A stretch of DNA of 64,000 bases from an uncultured Gemmatimonadales bacterium (GTDB lineage: Bacteria; Gemmatimonadota; Gemmatimonadetes; Gemmatimonadales; GWC2-71-9): the NCBI GenBank assembly GCA_963798915.1, contig CAWCVB010000006.1, forward strand, positions 160,001-224,000, read 5' to 3'. A program made the translations under genes and the position numbers. The notes under the pieces are model-generated. The model had not been told where the DNA came from. It saw only the letters and a list, made by a program, of their open reading frames with translations, and searched no databases. Shown in pieces: positions 41,813-51,520 of this stretch (within the stretch, counting starts at the first letter, position 1; every line of letters begins with the position of its first letter).

Positions 41813-43431
41813 CAATCCTTCACTCCCGAGGCGCTGCTTTGCATCCGGCGCTGCTGGTCGGCACGCGTCTGTCGTTCCTCGCGTGACATCGATTCGAGAA
41901 TCTGCTCCGCCTGTGCCTGCGTCATGCCGCCGCTCGAGGGAGGAGGTGGCTGCGGCGTGCCTCCGCCTCCACCACCTCCACCGCCGCCACCGCCACCGGA
42001 CTGGGGAGGCGGCTCCGGCGGACGAAGCCGCTCAGCCAGCTCGAGGTTCCACTTGGCCCGGGCCGAACCGGGCTCGAGCAGCAATGCCTGCCGCAGATTG
42101 GCGGTCGCAGACTCCAACAGCTTGGAGCGCGCGCTGCTGTCGGCCCGCGCCGCAAGCAGGTCCACCACGCCAAGATTATAGAGTGCGCGATAGCGGAGCG
42201 ACGGGTCCAGCGACCTGGCCGCTTCGCCGAGCGCCCGGCGTGCCACGTCCATCCGGCCGGCACGCAGGGCCGCCGTCCCGGCATTGTAGAACGCCGTGTC
42301 ACGCGCCACGGCCCCGGCCGCTGCGTCGAGAAACGCCTTCGCTGCCTCGTCCGGCTGGCCCTGGGCCATGGCGCGGGCGCCGGCTGAGGGACGCTGCGCC
42401 AGCAGGCTCGGGGGGCGTGCCATCAACAGGGCGAGAGCGAGCAGTGAGGCCCCACGCCGGCTTAAAGTCTGCAGCAGCAGCAGCACCGCCGCGGCGAGCA
42501 GCGGGATCCACGCGCGAGGCAGCAGGTCGCTGGCGCGGGTCTCGGTCGTGGGGCTGCGCTTGAAATTGGCCAGCAGGCCGCGTACGGCACCCGCCTGGTC
42601 GGGCGCGTCAGCAGGCACCAGCGTTCCGTCGCTTGCCTCGGCCAGCCGCTCGAGCACTTCATCGACCCGGCGAGTCTCGACCGGAACGCCACTCTGGTCG
42701 AGCTTGTATTCGACCAGTGTGCCGGCGCTGTCCCGGATCGGGATTCGCACCGGAGCGGACCCACCTTCCGCCACGAACACCACGCGGATGTGCTGTGCCC
42801 TCAATTCGGCGGCAGCCTCGACTGCCGAGGCAAGGCTGTCGTGCATCTCTCCATCGGTGAAGATCACCAGGACGCGGTCTCCCACTTCTCCTGATGCCAG
42901 CAGCAGTTGCCCGCCCTGGGAAAGCACGGCGCTGAGGTTGGTGCCGCCAGTACTGGCCAGGTCCGGGTCGAGGGCGTCCAGGTACATCCGGACCGCGCCG
43001 CCATCGACCGTCAGCGGCGTCAGGATGTAGCTGCTGCCCGCGAAGGCAATGACGCCCAGGCGGTCGCCACGGCTGTCCTGAACCAGGCGTCGTGCCTCCC
43101 GCAACGCTCGCTCGAGGCGACTGGGTGAGGCATCTTCCGCCAGCATGGAGCGGCTGATGTCCACAGCAAGCACGAGACTCAGGGCGTGCGATTCGGTGGT
43201 CACGCGAGCTTGGCCGCCCCGCGGCCCGGCCAGCGCGGTCAGCCCCAGCAGCACCACCAAGGCGAGCAGTGGCGCCGTCCATCGACTGCTGCGCCCCGTG
43301 CGCGCCGCCAGGTCGGGCGACCAGGCCCTGGCGAGCCGGATTCTTTTTCGGCGAGCCAGCAGCAGCCACACCCCGACGACGATGGCGACCAGGGGCGCGA
43401 CGAACAGCAGCGCGGGTGATTCGAAGATCAT
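41809..43431 (-). CDS. BatB-like vWA protein fused to BatC-like TPR domain
   Basis: DISRSMLAED MIDAS, GDRLGVIAFAG, TDGE; YNAG/YNLG TPRs, AKWNLELA, terminal KDW. Confidence 0.8.
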   Translation of the reverse strand: MIFESPALLFVAPLVAIVVGVWLLLARRKRIRLARAWSPDLAARTGRSSRWTAPLLALVVLLGLTALAGPRGGQARVTTESHALSLVLAVDISRSMLAEDASPSRLERALREARRLVQDSRGDRLGVIAFAGSSYILTPLTVDGGAVRMYLDALDPDLASTGGTNLSAVLSQGGQLLLASGEVGDRVLVIFTDGEMHDSLASAVEAAAELRAQHIRVVFVAEGGSAPVRIPIRDSAGTLVEYKLDQSGVPVETRRVDEVLERLAEASDGTLVPADAPDQAGAVRGLLANFKRSPTTETRASDLLPRAWIPLLAAAVLLLLQTLSRRGASLLALALLMARPPSLLAQRPSAGARAMAQGQPDEAAKAFLDAAAGAVARDTAFYNAGTAALRAGRMDVARRALGEAARSLDPSLRYRALYNLGVVDLLAARADSSARSKLLESATANLRQALLLEPGSARAKWNLELAERLRPPEPPPQSGGGGGGGGGGGGGTPQPPPPSSGGMTQAQAEQILESMSREERQTRADQQRRMQSSASGVKDW

Positions 43432-44399
43432 GGCAGACGCACCAGGACCGTGGTGCCCAGGAGCAGCTCCAGCAGCAGCGCGCCGAGGGCGACGAGAATG
43501 AGCGGTCGAGTGGCCTCGTCCAGCCGGGTGTAGCGAGTGATCTGGATCGGCGATTTTTCCAGCTGATCAATCTGCTGAAAGATCCGACTCAACGCCTCGC
43601 TGTCAGTGGCACGGAAGTACCGCCCGCCGGTGCTCTGTGCGATGCTCCGCATCAGCGGTTCGTCGATGCGCACCGGCAGCATCTCATAGCGGAATCCTCC
43701 CACGCCCCGGCCAGTCGGAATCGGGGCCTCCCCGATCGTGCCGACGCCAATCGTGTACACCTTGATGCCGTACGCGGCCGCTGTCTCGGCCGCGGTGCGC
43801 GGATCGATCAGGCCCCGATTGTTCTCGCCGTCTGTCAGCAACAGCACCACGCGCGACTTGTCCGGGCTGCGCCGCAGCCGGTTCACCGCAACGGCCAGCC
43901 CGCTTCCGATCGCCGTGCCATCCTCGAGCGAACCAATCTTGAGTCCCATGATGGCCTGCTCGACCACGGGGTAGTCCAGCGACAGCGGCACCTGGGTGAG
44001 CGCCTCACCGGCGAAGGCGACCAACCCAATGCGGTCTGCCTGGCGGCCCTTCACGAAACCTACGGCCTGCTGCTTCGCAACCTCGAGCCGATTGCTGGGC
44101 GCGAAGTCCTCAGCCAGCATGCTGCTCGAAATGTCGACGGCGATGACAATCGAGATGCCCTCCTGGTGCACCTCGACGGCGTCGCCGCCAAGGCGGGGAC
44201 CAGCGGCGCCGATGATCATGGCCAGAAGCGCGACCGACCGCAGCACGGGCGGCGCCTTGCTCCACCATGGCGAACGCGCGACCGCGGCCGGGAGCGACGT
44301 ATCGCTGTACGGCACGCTCTCGCCAATGCGACGCCGTTTCCATAGCCACAACGGGATCAGGGCAAGAAGCACCAGCAGCAATGGGCGCGCAAAGCTCAT
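43428..44399 (-). CDS. BatA-like vWA domain protein
   Basis: MSFARP, DISSSMLAEDF, NRLEVAK, GTAIGSGL, LTDGENN, TGGRYFRA. Confidence 0.88.
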   Translation of the reverse strand: MSFARPLLLVLLALIPLWLWKRRRIGESVPYSDTSLPAAVARSPWWSKAPPVLRSVALLAMIIGAAGPRLGGDAVEVHQEGISIVIAVDISSSMLAEDFAPSNRLEVAKQQAVGFVKGRQADRIGLVAFAGEALTQVPLSLDYPVVEQAIMGLKIGSLEDGTAIGSGLAVAVNRLRRSPDKSRVVLLLTDGENNRGLIDPRTAAETAAAYGIKVYTIGVGTIGEAPIPTGRGVGGFRYEMLPVRIDEPLMRSIAQSTGGRYFRATDSEALSRIFQQIDQLEKSPIQITRYTRLDEATRPLILVALGALLLELLLGTTVLVRLP

Positions 44400-45196
44400 G
44401 CGGACTCACCGCCGACCCGCTCGGCCAGCGCCATGCTGGCGTCATGCAGTTCCAGGACTTCGTCGGGCGTACCGGGGGCAAAGCGCGCTGCATCGAGCGC
44501 CGCAAGCACCCGAGCCAGGTCGGCCACCGGCCAGTCCTGCTCGCTCTGCTCGACCATCGCAATACAGGCGGCGGTGTCGAGTCCTTCGTGCGCCTCTGGC
44601 AGGCGCGCTGCGATGGCACGCCGGAGGCGCGCTGCCGCCGCCGCAAGCACCGACCGCGCCTCGCCGGCTTCCGCCCACTGCGCCGCGGGGATGACCCCGG
44701 GCGACGGAGGGATCGGCACGGGCAGGGGCTGACCCCGCCGGCGCCAGAACCAATGCAGTGGAACGAGCAGCAGGAGTGCGAGGGCCGCCAACAGCACCAG
44801 TGGCAGGAAGTCGATCGAACGGCGAGCGACGATCCCCGCCTCCGGCTGGGGCCGCAAGTTCCGGAGGGGCTTGTCCGGAAGGGTGCGCCGGACGACAAAC
44901 CGCGCCGTGGTGGGCGGGAGGGTGTCAAGCGATCCGTCGGGCGCGAGCAGTTCCGGCGCCGGCACGCGCACCTCGTGTGGGCCCGGCGTCCAGGCCACCA
45001 TCGGGGCCCGCAACACCGCACTGTCGCCCCGGACTTCGACTGTCGGCCGGGCCAGCAATTCCACGTCACCGGACAGCTCCCACTGCGGCACGCGCGTGGT
45101 GTAGCCGCTCGGCAACGGGACCGCCCTGCGGGCCCAGACCGTGTCACCGACCGTGGGACCCTGCGCGGCCTGGAGCAGCAGCAGGAGCGCAATCAT
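44396..45196 (-). CDS. Hypothetical membrane protein of the Bat/MoxR cluster
   Basis: Coupled by ATGA overlaps on both sides; TVGD start, central TM helix. Confidence 0.65.
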   Translation of the reverse strand: MIALLLLLQAAQGPTVGDTVWARRAVPLPSGYTTRVPQWELSGDVELLARPTVEVRGDSAVLRAPMVAWTPGPHEVRVPAPELLAPDGSLDTLPPTTARFVVRRTLPDKPLRNLRPQPEAGIVARRSIDFLPLVLLAALALLLLVPLHWFWRRRGQPLPVPIPPSPGVIPAAQWAEAGEARSVLAAAAARLRRAIAARLPEAHEGLDTAACIAMVEQSEQDWPVADLARVLAALDAARFAPGTPDEVLELHDASMALAERVGGESA

Positions 45197-46080
45197 CCGC
45201 GACGAAGCCGCCGCGCCCTCAGGGCGAAGGCGCGCCGGAGCGGCAAGGCGTAATCACGGTCCGTGCTCAGCATCACCGAATCCACGCCAGTCGCGGCGAG
45301 CAGCCGGGTGCGTTCTTCACGGCGCCGATCGGTGAGCAGCTGCAGGCGTTCCCTGACCTGACGGCTGCCGGTGTCGAGCAGCACCCGCTGCCCCGTCTCC
45401 GCATCGGCGAGCTCCAGCCAGCCGGCATCCGGCAGGGTCCGCTCCCGCGGGTCCTCGACGGCGATCGCCACGACTTCGTGGCGCGCGGCCAGGCGACGCA
45501 GTGGCCGCTCCCATCCGTCCGCCAGAAAATCGGAGAGCACGACCACGATGCTTCGGTGACGCAGCAGGCGGGTGGCATAGGACAGCCCCGCCGCAAGGTT
45601 GGTGTGGCGGCCGGCGGGCGCGAAGGCGATGAGGTCACGAATGACGCGAAGCGCATGGCGGCGTCCCTTCCGGGGAGGGATGACTCGCTCAACGGCGTCC
45701 GTGAACAGCAAGGCGCCCACCCGGTCGTTCTGCGCTGCCGCCGCCAACGCCAGCACGGCGCCAACTTCGACGGCGAGCGCCGCCTTGGTCATGGGGCGGC
45801 CGAAACGGGTCGAGCCCGACTGATCCACCAGCAGCATGACCGTCAGCTCGCGTTCCTCCGTGAAGGTCTTCACGAACGGGCTCGCCAGCCGTGCCGACAC
45901 GTTCCAGTCTATCGCACGAAAATCGTCTCCCGGCTCGTAGGCGCGCACTTCGGCGAACTCCATGCCCTGGCCCCGAAACAGCGACCGGTACTCGCCCGCG
46001 AAGAGCGAGGTGACCAGACCCCGGGTGCGGAGTTCGATCGCCTTGACCTGCTGGAGGACGTCGGGGGAGACTGTGGGCAT
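45193..46080 (-). CDS. DUF58 domain protein
   Basis: YRSLFRGQGMEFAEVRAYEPGDD, IDWNVSAR, EERE, DQSGS, SDF. Confidence 0.92.
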   Translation of the reverse strand: MPTVSPDVLQQVKAIELRTRGLVTSLFAGEYRSLFRGQGMEFAEVRAYEPGDDFRAIDWNVSARLASPFVKTFTEERELTVMLLVDQSGSTRFGRPMTKAALAVEVGAVLALAAAAQNDRVGALLFTDAVERVIPPRKGRRHALRVIRDLIAFAPAGRHTNLAAGLSYATRLLRHRSIVVVLSDFLADGWERPLRRLAARHEVVAIAVEDPRERTLPDAGWLELADAETGQRVLLDTGSRQVRERLQLLTDRRREERTRLLAATGVDSVMLSTDRDYALPLRRAFALRARRLRRG

Positions 46081-46087
46081 CGAATGG

Positions 46088-46157
46088 GGGCCGTGGGTCG
46101 CGGGTCGTGGGCCGCGAGTCGTGGGTCACGAGACCCGAGACTCGGGGCCCGGGACCT
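46088..46157. repeat. Degenerate 7-bp tandem repeat (10 units)
   Basis: GGGCCGT GGGTCGC GGGTCGT GGGCCGC GAGTCGT GGGTCAC GAGACCC GAGACTC GGGGCCC GGGACCT. Confidence 0.75.
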
Positions 46158-47122
46158 CAGGGAGCCTTGACCGCTTCCAGCAGGCGGGTCACGACGTCGT
46201 CGCTGGAGACGTTCTCCGCTTCAGCTTCAAATGTGAGGACGATCCGGTGGCGCAGTACGTCGGGCGCCAGGGCGCGCACATCTTCGGGCACCACGTAATC
46301 GCGCCCGCGGAGGAAGGCATGCGCCCGCGCGCCCGAAGCCAGCGCCAGCGAGGCGCGCGGGGAGGCGCCAAACGCAATCAGCGCCTTGAGGTCCGCCAGG
46401 CCGACGCTGGCGGGATCGCGGGTTGCGCGCACCAGATCCACGACGTAGTCCATGACTTTCTGGTCCATGTAGAGCTCGGCGATGCGACCCCGTGCCGCCA
46501 TGATAGCGTCGGGATGGAGGAGACGCTTCACGTCGATGGCGTGGCCCGAACCCATCCGCTCCAGGACCAGCCGTTCCTCATCGCGCGTGGGATAGAGCAC
46601 CCGGACCTTCAGCATGAACCGGTCGAGCTGTGCCTCGGGCAGCGGATAGGTTCCTTCGTTCTCGATCGGGTTCTGGGTGGCCAGGACGAGAAACGGCTCG
46701 ACCAGCTCGAACGTGGTGCCGCCGATGGTCACCTGCTGCTCCTGCATGGCCTCGAGCAGCGCTGCCTGCACCTTGGCGGGCGCGCGGTTGATTTCGTCGG
46801 CCAGGATGATATTGGCAAAGAGTGGTCCCTTCTTGACATAGAAGTCCTGACTCTTCTGGTCATACACCATCGTCCCGATCACATCAGCCGGCAGCAGGTC
46901 AGGCGTGAACTGGATGCGCGAAAAACTGACATTCACGATTTCCGCCAGCGTCCGCACGGCGAGCGTCTTGGCCAGGCCGGGCACACCCTCGAGCAGGATA
47001 TGCCCGCCGGTCAGGAGGCCGATCAGCAGGCGCTCGACCATCTCATCCTGGCCGACAATCCGCTTGCCGACTTCGGCGGTTATCCGCTGTATCATCCCCG
47101 CTTCCATCACCGGCTCTGCCAT
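46157..47122 (-). CDS. moxR: MoxR family AAA+ ATPase
   Basis: EGVPGLAKT, RIQFTPDLLPAD, ADEINRA, ATQNPIE, LPEAQLDRF, GASPR. Confidence 0.95.
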   Translation of the reverse strand: MAEPVMEAGMIQRITAEVGKRIVGQDEMVERLLIGLLTGGHILLEGVPGLAKTLAVRTLAEIVNVSFSRIQFTPDLLPADVIGTMVYDQKSQDFYVKKGPLFANIILADEINRAPAKVQAALLEAMQEQQVTIGGTTFELVEPFLVLATQNPIENEGTYPLPEAQLDRFMLKVRVLYPTRDEERLVLERMGSGHAIDVKRLLHPDAIMAARGRIAELYMDQKVMDYVVDLVRATRDPASVGLADLKALIAFGASPRASLALASGARAHAFLRGRDYVVPEDVRALAPDVLRHRIVLTFEAEAENVSSDDVVTRLLEAVKAP

Positions 47123-47124
47123 CG

Positions 47125-47856
47125 TCAGTCCTTGGTTGGATCCATGCGTATGGCTCGATAGAGCGCGCCCTCTTCGACGGGCGTGAGTGGCCGATACTCG
47201 CCCGGTGCGAGGTCACCGAGCCGCACCGGACCATAGCTCAGTCGCGCCAGGCGCTCGACTTTGAGTCCCATCGCCTCACACCAGCGCCGCACGATGCGGT
47301 TCCGCCCCTCGTGCAGCGTCACGTCCAGGATGCTCCGACCCTCTCGACCCGGACGCACCCTCACGTCCGAAGGTTCCACGCGGCGGCCGTCCAGTTCCAC
47401 TGGCCGTCGCGCGAGCGCCTCGATCTCCGCCGTGCCCTGGCCGTGCACGAGCGCGCTGTATCGCCGGGGAATGTGGTATCGCGGGTGGGTCAGCCGGTGG
47501 ACGGCCTCACCGTCGGTAGTCAGGAGCAGGAGCCCGGTCGTCATCACGTCCAGGCGACCGACGTAGGTGAGTCCGGCCGGATCGCGAATCAGGTCGAGCA
47601 CCGACGACCGGCCCTGTTCGTCGTTCATGGTCGTGACGACGCCAAGTGGCTTGTGCAGGGCCAGCCACCGTCGTTCCACCAGTCGCACTGTCTTTCCCGA
47701 GACGGTGATCCGCTGGTGCGACGGGTCGACCTTGCTGCCGAGTTCCGCCACCTTGCCATCGACCTTGACCTTGCCGTCCCGGATCAACTCCTCGGCCGCG
47801 CGGCGCGAGGCGACACCCGCCCGGGCCAGAGCTCGCTGCAGTCGCATTTCGCTCAT
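47125..47856 (-). CDS. rluB: rRNA pseudouridine synthase (RluB/RsuA family)
   Basis: S4 domain RLQRALARAGVASRR, HKP, VGRLD, EGRNR; follows scpB. Confidence 0.88.
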   Translation of the reverse strand: MSEMRLQRALARAGVASRRAAEELIRDGKVKVDGKVAELGSKVDPSHQRITVSGKTVRLVERRWLALHKPLGVVTTMNDEQGRSSVLDLIRDPAGLTYVGRLDVMTTGLLLLTTDGEAVHRLTHPRYHIPRRYSALVHGQGTAEIEALARRPVELDGRRVEPSDVRVRPGREGRSILDVTLHEGRNRIVRRWCEAMGLKVERLARLSYGPVRLGDLAPGEYRPLTPVEEGALYRAIRMDPTKD

Positions 47857-48440
47857 GACTCGGCCGGGATCGCCACCTCCGCCTCCTCAGCATGGTCCGC
47901 GTCCTGCGGCGCGTGCGGATGCAAGGCGATGCTGAGCTCCTCGGCCCGGGGCAGGTCCGCCAGGTCGCGGAGCCCAAGCAGCTCAAGAAAGAGCGGCGTG
48001 GTGCCGTACAGCAGCGGACGCCCCAGGCCCTCGGCCCGTCCCACCACTTCGATCAGTCCGCGTTCCTGCAGCGTGCGCAATACGCCGCCAGCCGAGACCC
48101 CACGGATCTCCTCGATTTCGGCCCGCCCGACCGGCTGCCGGTAGGAGATCACCGCCAGTGTCTCCAGCGTAGCAGCCGAAAGCCGCGGAGCGCGCTGCGA
48201 GAACTGGGCCCGCTCGATCGCCGCGGCATGGACGGGGCGACTGAGGATCTGGTAGCCACCGGCGAGCTCCACCAGCTCGACACCATGTTGGCCGAAGTCG
48301 TAGAGCTCGCGCAACTGCTCCAGCGCGGCCCGGACGTCCGCCAGCGACGCTTCCGCGTCCAGCAGGCAGAGTTCCTCGGCCGCCAGCGGTCGATTGGACG
48401 AAAACAGGGCGGCTTCAAGCAGCTGAGCGAGAGGAGTCAC
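47853..48440 (-). CDS. scpB: SMC-Scp complex subunit ScpB
   Basis: LEAALF, LSAATLETLAVISYRQP, IEEIRGV, GRPLLYGTT. Confidence 0.95.
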   Translation of the reverse strand: MTPLAQLLEAALFSSNRPLAAEELCLLDAEASLADVRAALEQLRELYDFGQHGVELVELAGGYQILSRPVHAAAIERAQFSQRAPRLSAATLETLAVISYRQPVGRAEIEEIRGVSAGGVLRTLQERGLIEVVGRAEGLGRPLLYGTTPLFLELLGLRDLADLPRAEELSIALHPHAPQDADHAEEAEVAIPAES

Positions 48441-49167
48441 GGGCAATCCACAGAGGCGCAAACGGCGCCGGTTGTGAGAGGTTCAAGGCGCCACGGCGTG
48501 CCAGTTCCAGCAGCGCCAGCAACGTGGACAGGACGTCAACAATGCCTGGCTCGGGGCCCAGGGCCTCACGCCAGGTGCACCCCTCCTGCGCATCGAGGAG
48601 CGCCTCGATCCTTCGCGTGGCGCCTTCGACGTCGAGTGGCCGGGCGACGACCTTGTGCAGCACTGGCGACGGAATCGCCATGATCACGCGCTCCACCGCC
48701 TCGAGCAGCTGCAGCAGGTCCAGCGTCAGCGGCGGCGGTGGCAGCACCGGTGGCGGAGGGAGGTAGCCACGCGCGTGACTCAGCGACCGTCGTTCCGCCG
48801 AACGGGCCATCCAGAGCGCGATCTCCTTGATCTGCTGATACTCCAGCAGGCGGCGGACCAGCTCGGCGCGCGGATCCTCCCAACCCTCCTCATCCGAGTG
48901 GCGCGGCAGCAGCAGCTGCGCCTTGAGCCTCACCAGGCGGCTCGCCATATCGAGATAATCTGCGGCCTGGTTGAGCCCGAGGACATGGATGACGCGCAGG
49001 AACTGGTCGGCGATTCGCGCGATCGGGATATCAGCGATTTCCAGCTGCTCTTCGCGCAGGAGGTGGAGCAGCAGGTCCAGCGGCCCCGTGAACTGGTCAA
49101 GTTCCACCACGAAGGCCGTCAGGTCGGCACCGTGCGCCGGCGCGCTGGTCAGAGCGGGACTGGTCAT
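48415..49167 (-). CDS. scpA: Segregation/condensation protein A (kleisin)
   Basis: FTGPLDLLLHL, KAQLLLP, DPRAELVRRLLEY, LALLEL; ATG at 49167. Confidence 0.93.
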   Translation of the reverse strand: MTSPALTSAPAHGADLTAFVVELDQFTGPLDLLLHLLREEQLEIADIPIARIADQFLRVIHVLGLNQAADYLDMASRLVRLKAQLLLPRHSDEEGWEDPRAELVRRLLEYQQIKEIALWMARSAERRSLSHARGYLPPPPVLPPPPLTLDLLQLLEAVERVIMAIPSPVLHKVVARPLDVEGATRRIEALLDAQEGCTWREALGPEPGIVDVLSTLLALLELARRGALNLSQPAPFAPLWIARDSSRSAA

Positions 49168-49823
49168 GAGAAGATGTGCAACCCGGTGCCGAGCTGATAC
49201 GGGGCCATGAGCCCGAAGAGCAGTCGCAACCCGAGAAACGCTGGCGTCAGGAGAAAGGTCACCGCGCCGCGAAAGACAAACAACAGGACCAGCAACGGCA
49301 GAAGGCCGAACCGCTGGAGACTGCGATATCTTGCGCCGAGACCCGGCGGAAGCAGATGGTAGAAAATGTGAGAGCCATCCAGCGGCGGCACGGGAATGAG
49401 GTTGAAGAAGCAGAGCAGCAAGTTCAACCAGACGCCCCACGCCAGCATCCGTTGCAGCGCGTTGAGCGCCGCGGCCGCGCCCGCTGCGTGGGCTCCCGCC
49501 AGGCCAGCCAGGATGAAGAGCACGGCGCACGCCAGTGCGAGTCCCAGGTTCGTCACCACGCCGGCCGCGCTCACGATGATGTCACCCCGGCGGAACTTGC
49601 GATATTTGCGTGGATTGACCGGCACCGGCCGGGCTCCACCGAAGGTGAAACGGCCCTGACTCCCAAACCAGAGCACGGCCGGCACCAGCAGGCTCATGAA
49701 CGGATCGATGTGCGGTAGCGGATTCAGCGTCAACCGGCCAAGCATGTAGGCGGTGTCATCGCCCTGCGCGAAGGCCGCGGCCGCATGCGCATACTCATGG
49801 GCCACCATGGCGAATACAAGCAT
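49164..49823 (-). CDS. Site-2 protease (M50 metallopeptidase); start may be CTG at 49862
   Basis: HEYAH, GRLTLNPLPHIDP, AAG, FNLIPVPPLDG. Confidence 0.92.
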   Translation of the reverse strand: MLVFAMVAHEYAHAAAAFAQGDDTAYMLGRLTLNPLPHIDPFMSLLVPAVLWFGSQGRFTFGGARPVPVNPRKYRKFRRGDIIVSAAGVVTNLGLALACAVLFILAGLAGAHAAGAAAALNALQRMLAWGVWLNLLLCFFNLIPVPPLDGSHIFYHLLPPGLGARYRSLQRFGLLPLLVLLFVFRGAVTFLLTPAFLGLRLLFGLMAPYQLGTGLHIFS

Positions 49824-49890
49824 CGGGAGCGCAAGTATGAAATTGCCGAGCTGGGCTTCCAGAGTCCGTCCTCGCTGTCCGGGCGGTGGG

Positions 49891-49920
49891 AGTTTACACG
49901 GGCTTGCCCCTGCAAGTCAA
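49891..49920 (-). promoter_or_regulatory. sigma70-type promoter of the site-2 protease/scpAB operon
   Basis: TTGACT-N18-TAAACT. Confidence 0.6.
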
Positions 49921-49933
49921 AAGTTGACCCCGC

Positions 49934-49962
49934 TTGACCTTAGACGCACTTGCGGCTATTCT
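49934..49962 (+). promoter_or_regulatory. sigma70-type promoter of rpsT
   Basis: TTGACC-N17-TATTCT. Confidence 0.7.
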
Positions 49963-50015
49963 TTCCGACTGTTTCGGAACAGTCCGTGTTCCGCGATCAC
50001 CCCAGTGAGGTAGCC

Positions 50016-50273
50016 GTGCCCCGAATCAGGTCATCCAAGAAGCGCATGCGTCAGAACCGCACCACGCGCGAGCGGAATCGCACCCAGCGCAGTCAGCTGC
50101 GTTCAGCCGTCAGGCAGGCGCGTGCAGCCGGCGGCGAAAAGCCGGCCCTGATCGAAACGGCCAGCAGCCTGCTGGACCGGGCCGGCCGGAAGCGGCTGAT
50201 CCATCCCAATGCGGCGGCTCGGCAAAAGAGCCGCATGGCCAAGGCACGTAACGCCGCGACCAAAGCGTCGTAG
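50016..50273 (+). CDS. rpsT: 30S ribosomal protein S20
   Basis: GAGG RBS + GTG; SSKKRMRQ, RSQLRSAVR, IHPNAAARQKSR. Confidence 0.95.
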   Translation: MPRIRSSKKRMRQNRTTRERNRTQRSQLRSAVRQARAAGGEKPALIETASSLLDRAGRKRLIHPNAAARQKSRMAKARNAATKAS

Positions 50274-50293
50274 GCGCTCGGCGCTATAATTTG

Positions 50294-50323
50294 AAAGGGC
50301 GTCCGTCATGCGGACGCCCTTTT
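50294..50323. terminator. Intrinsic terminator after rpsT (possibly bidirectional)
   Basis: AAAGGGCGTCCG-TCATG-CGGACGCCCTTTT. Confidence 0.85.
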
Positions 50324-50408
50324 GAGTATCAGTAACTTGAGAAACTGCTCGAAGTAGAAATACCTATCACCCATAGCCGCTGTTTCTTACCGGATATCTG
50401 CCACGAAG

Positions 50409-51233
50409 CTACAGGGCCGCCAGCTCGGCCCCACACCGCTCGCAGTACCATTCCGTCGGTCGATTGAGGGTCCCGCATTCTCCACATTTCAGCGTCTTGG
50501 CCTGGTTGGTTCCGGAGGCCGGCGACTTGGACGCGGCCGCCGGGGCAATTGGTGCCGTCGCGGTCGGCGACGACGCGCTTCCGGCTGGCACCGATTCCTC
50601 GGCGGTCGGCTGGTCGTCGGATGCGTTCTGGGGTGAAAGCGAGGAAGACTGCTCCACGGCGACCGACTTCAGGAAATCGAGTTCGTCATCGGATGGCGCC
50701 GGTTTCCGCGGCGGGGTCGGCTTGGTGCTCGCCGCCGACGGAGCACTGGCCTGCCGTGCCGGAGCCGGCGGCGCTTCGACCACCGCCGCGGCCTTGCGCT
50801 CGTGGCCTTCGATCGATTCCTGCACCTCGGTGAGGCGATCGATCTCGACTCGGACCCGGCTCAGTTCCTTCCGGATCCCGTCGAGGGACGCGTTCTGGAC
50901 CCGGCTGATTTCGCCCCACTTGGCGTCGGTGTACTCTCCGACGGTATGGCGCAGCTCGGCCTCCGCGACCGTCTCGAGCGCTTCGCCCTCGCGCTTGGAA
51001 AGGTCCGTCTCCGACGTACGGAGCCGCTCCAGGTCGGCAATGATGGCGTCCCCATGCTCACGAAGCGCCTCCATGATCCGGCCGAGGCGCGACTCGTAAT
51101 CGGCTCGGACCCGGTGGCGCACCGCCTCAGGGGCATCCGAGGCGGCCAACTTGGAGAGCCACTCCTCGAACTGAGCGCGCTCGCCCAGGAGCGACTGGAC
51201 CGGATTGGAATTCGAGTCGGGAGCCTTGGCCAT
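50409..51233 (-). CDS. Coiled-coil protein with C-terminal zinc ribbon
   Basis: Heptad-rich N-terminal half, Pro/Ala/Ser linker, CGECGTLNRPTEWYCERCG. Confidence 0.75.
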   Translation of the reverse strand: MAKAPDSNSNPVQSLLGERAQFEEWLSKLAASDAPEAVRHRVRADYESRLGRIMEALREHGDAIIADLERLRTSETDLSKREGEALETVAEAELRHTVGEYTDAKWGEISRVQNASLDGIRKELSRVRVEIDRLTEVQESIEGHERKAAAVVEAPPAPARQASAPSAASTKPTPPRKPAPSDDELDFLKSVAVEQSSSLSPQNASDDQPTAEESVPAGSASSPTATAPIAPAAASKSPASGTNQAKTLKCGECGTLNRPTEWYCERCGAELAAL

Positions 51234-51520
51234 CGCAACTGCCTTCCTTCCATGGACTTGGTAGTGCCTTACCGGAGCCGCCAGCATGCAGCCGCTTCAA
51301 TTCCTGTGCCTGTCAGCGCAGGAGACTGCACTCCGACTTCGGGGCACGCGCAGCCGGTGAAATCCTCATCCAGATTCTCGACATGGCCACCTAAAACGAT
51401 ACCATCGAATAAGTTAACATCACATCCATCACCGGCGCCAGCGAGGGCATGGGCGGGGCCGGCCCGAGGTGATATCGCCCAATTTGAAAGCACGGCGAGC
51501 GATTCGCCAGAATGGCGGCA

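Noticed and set aside
41960..42000. (CCA/CCG/CCT)n microsatellite
   Set aside because: It encodes the poly-Gly linker of the BatB-C fusion with mixed codons
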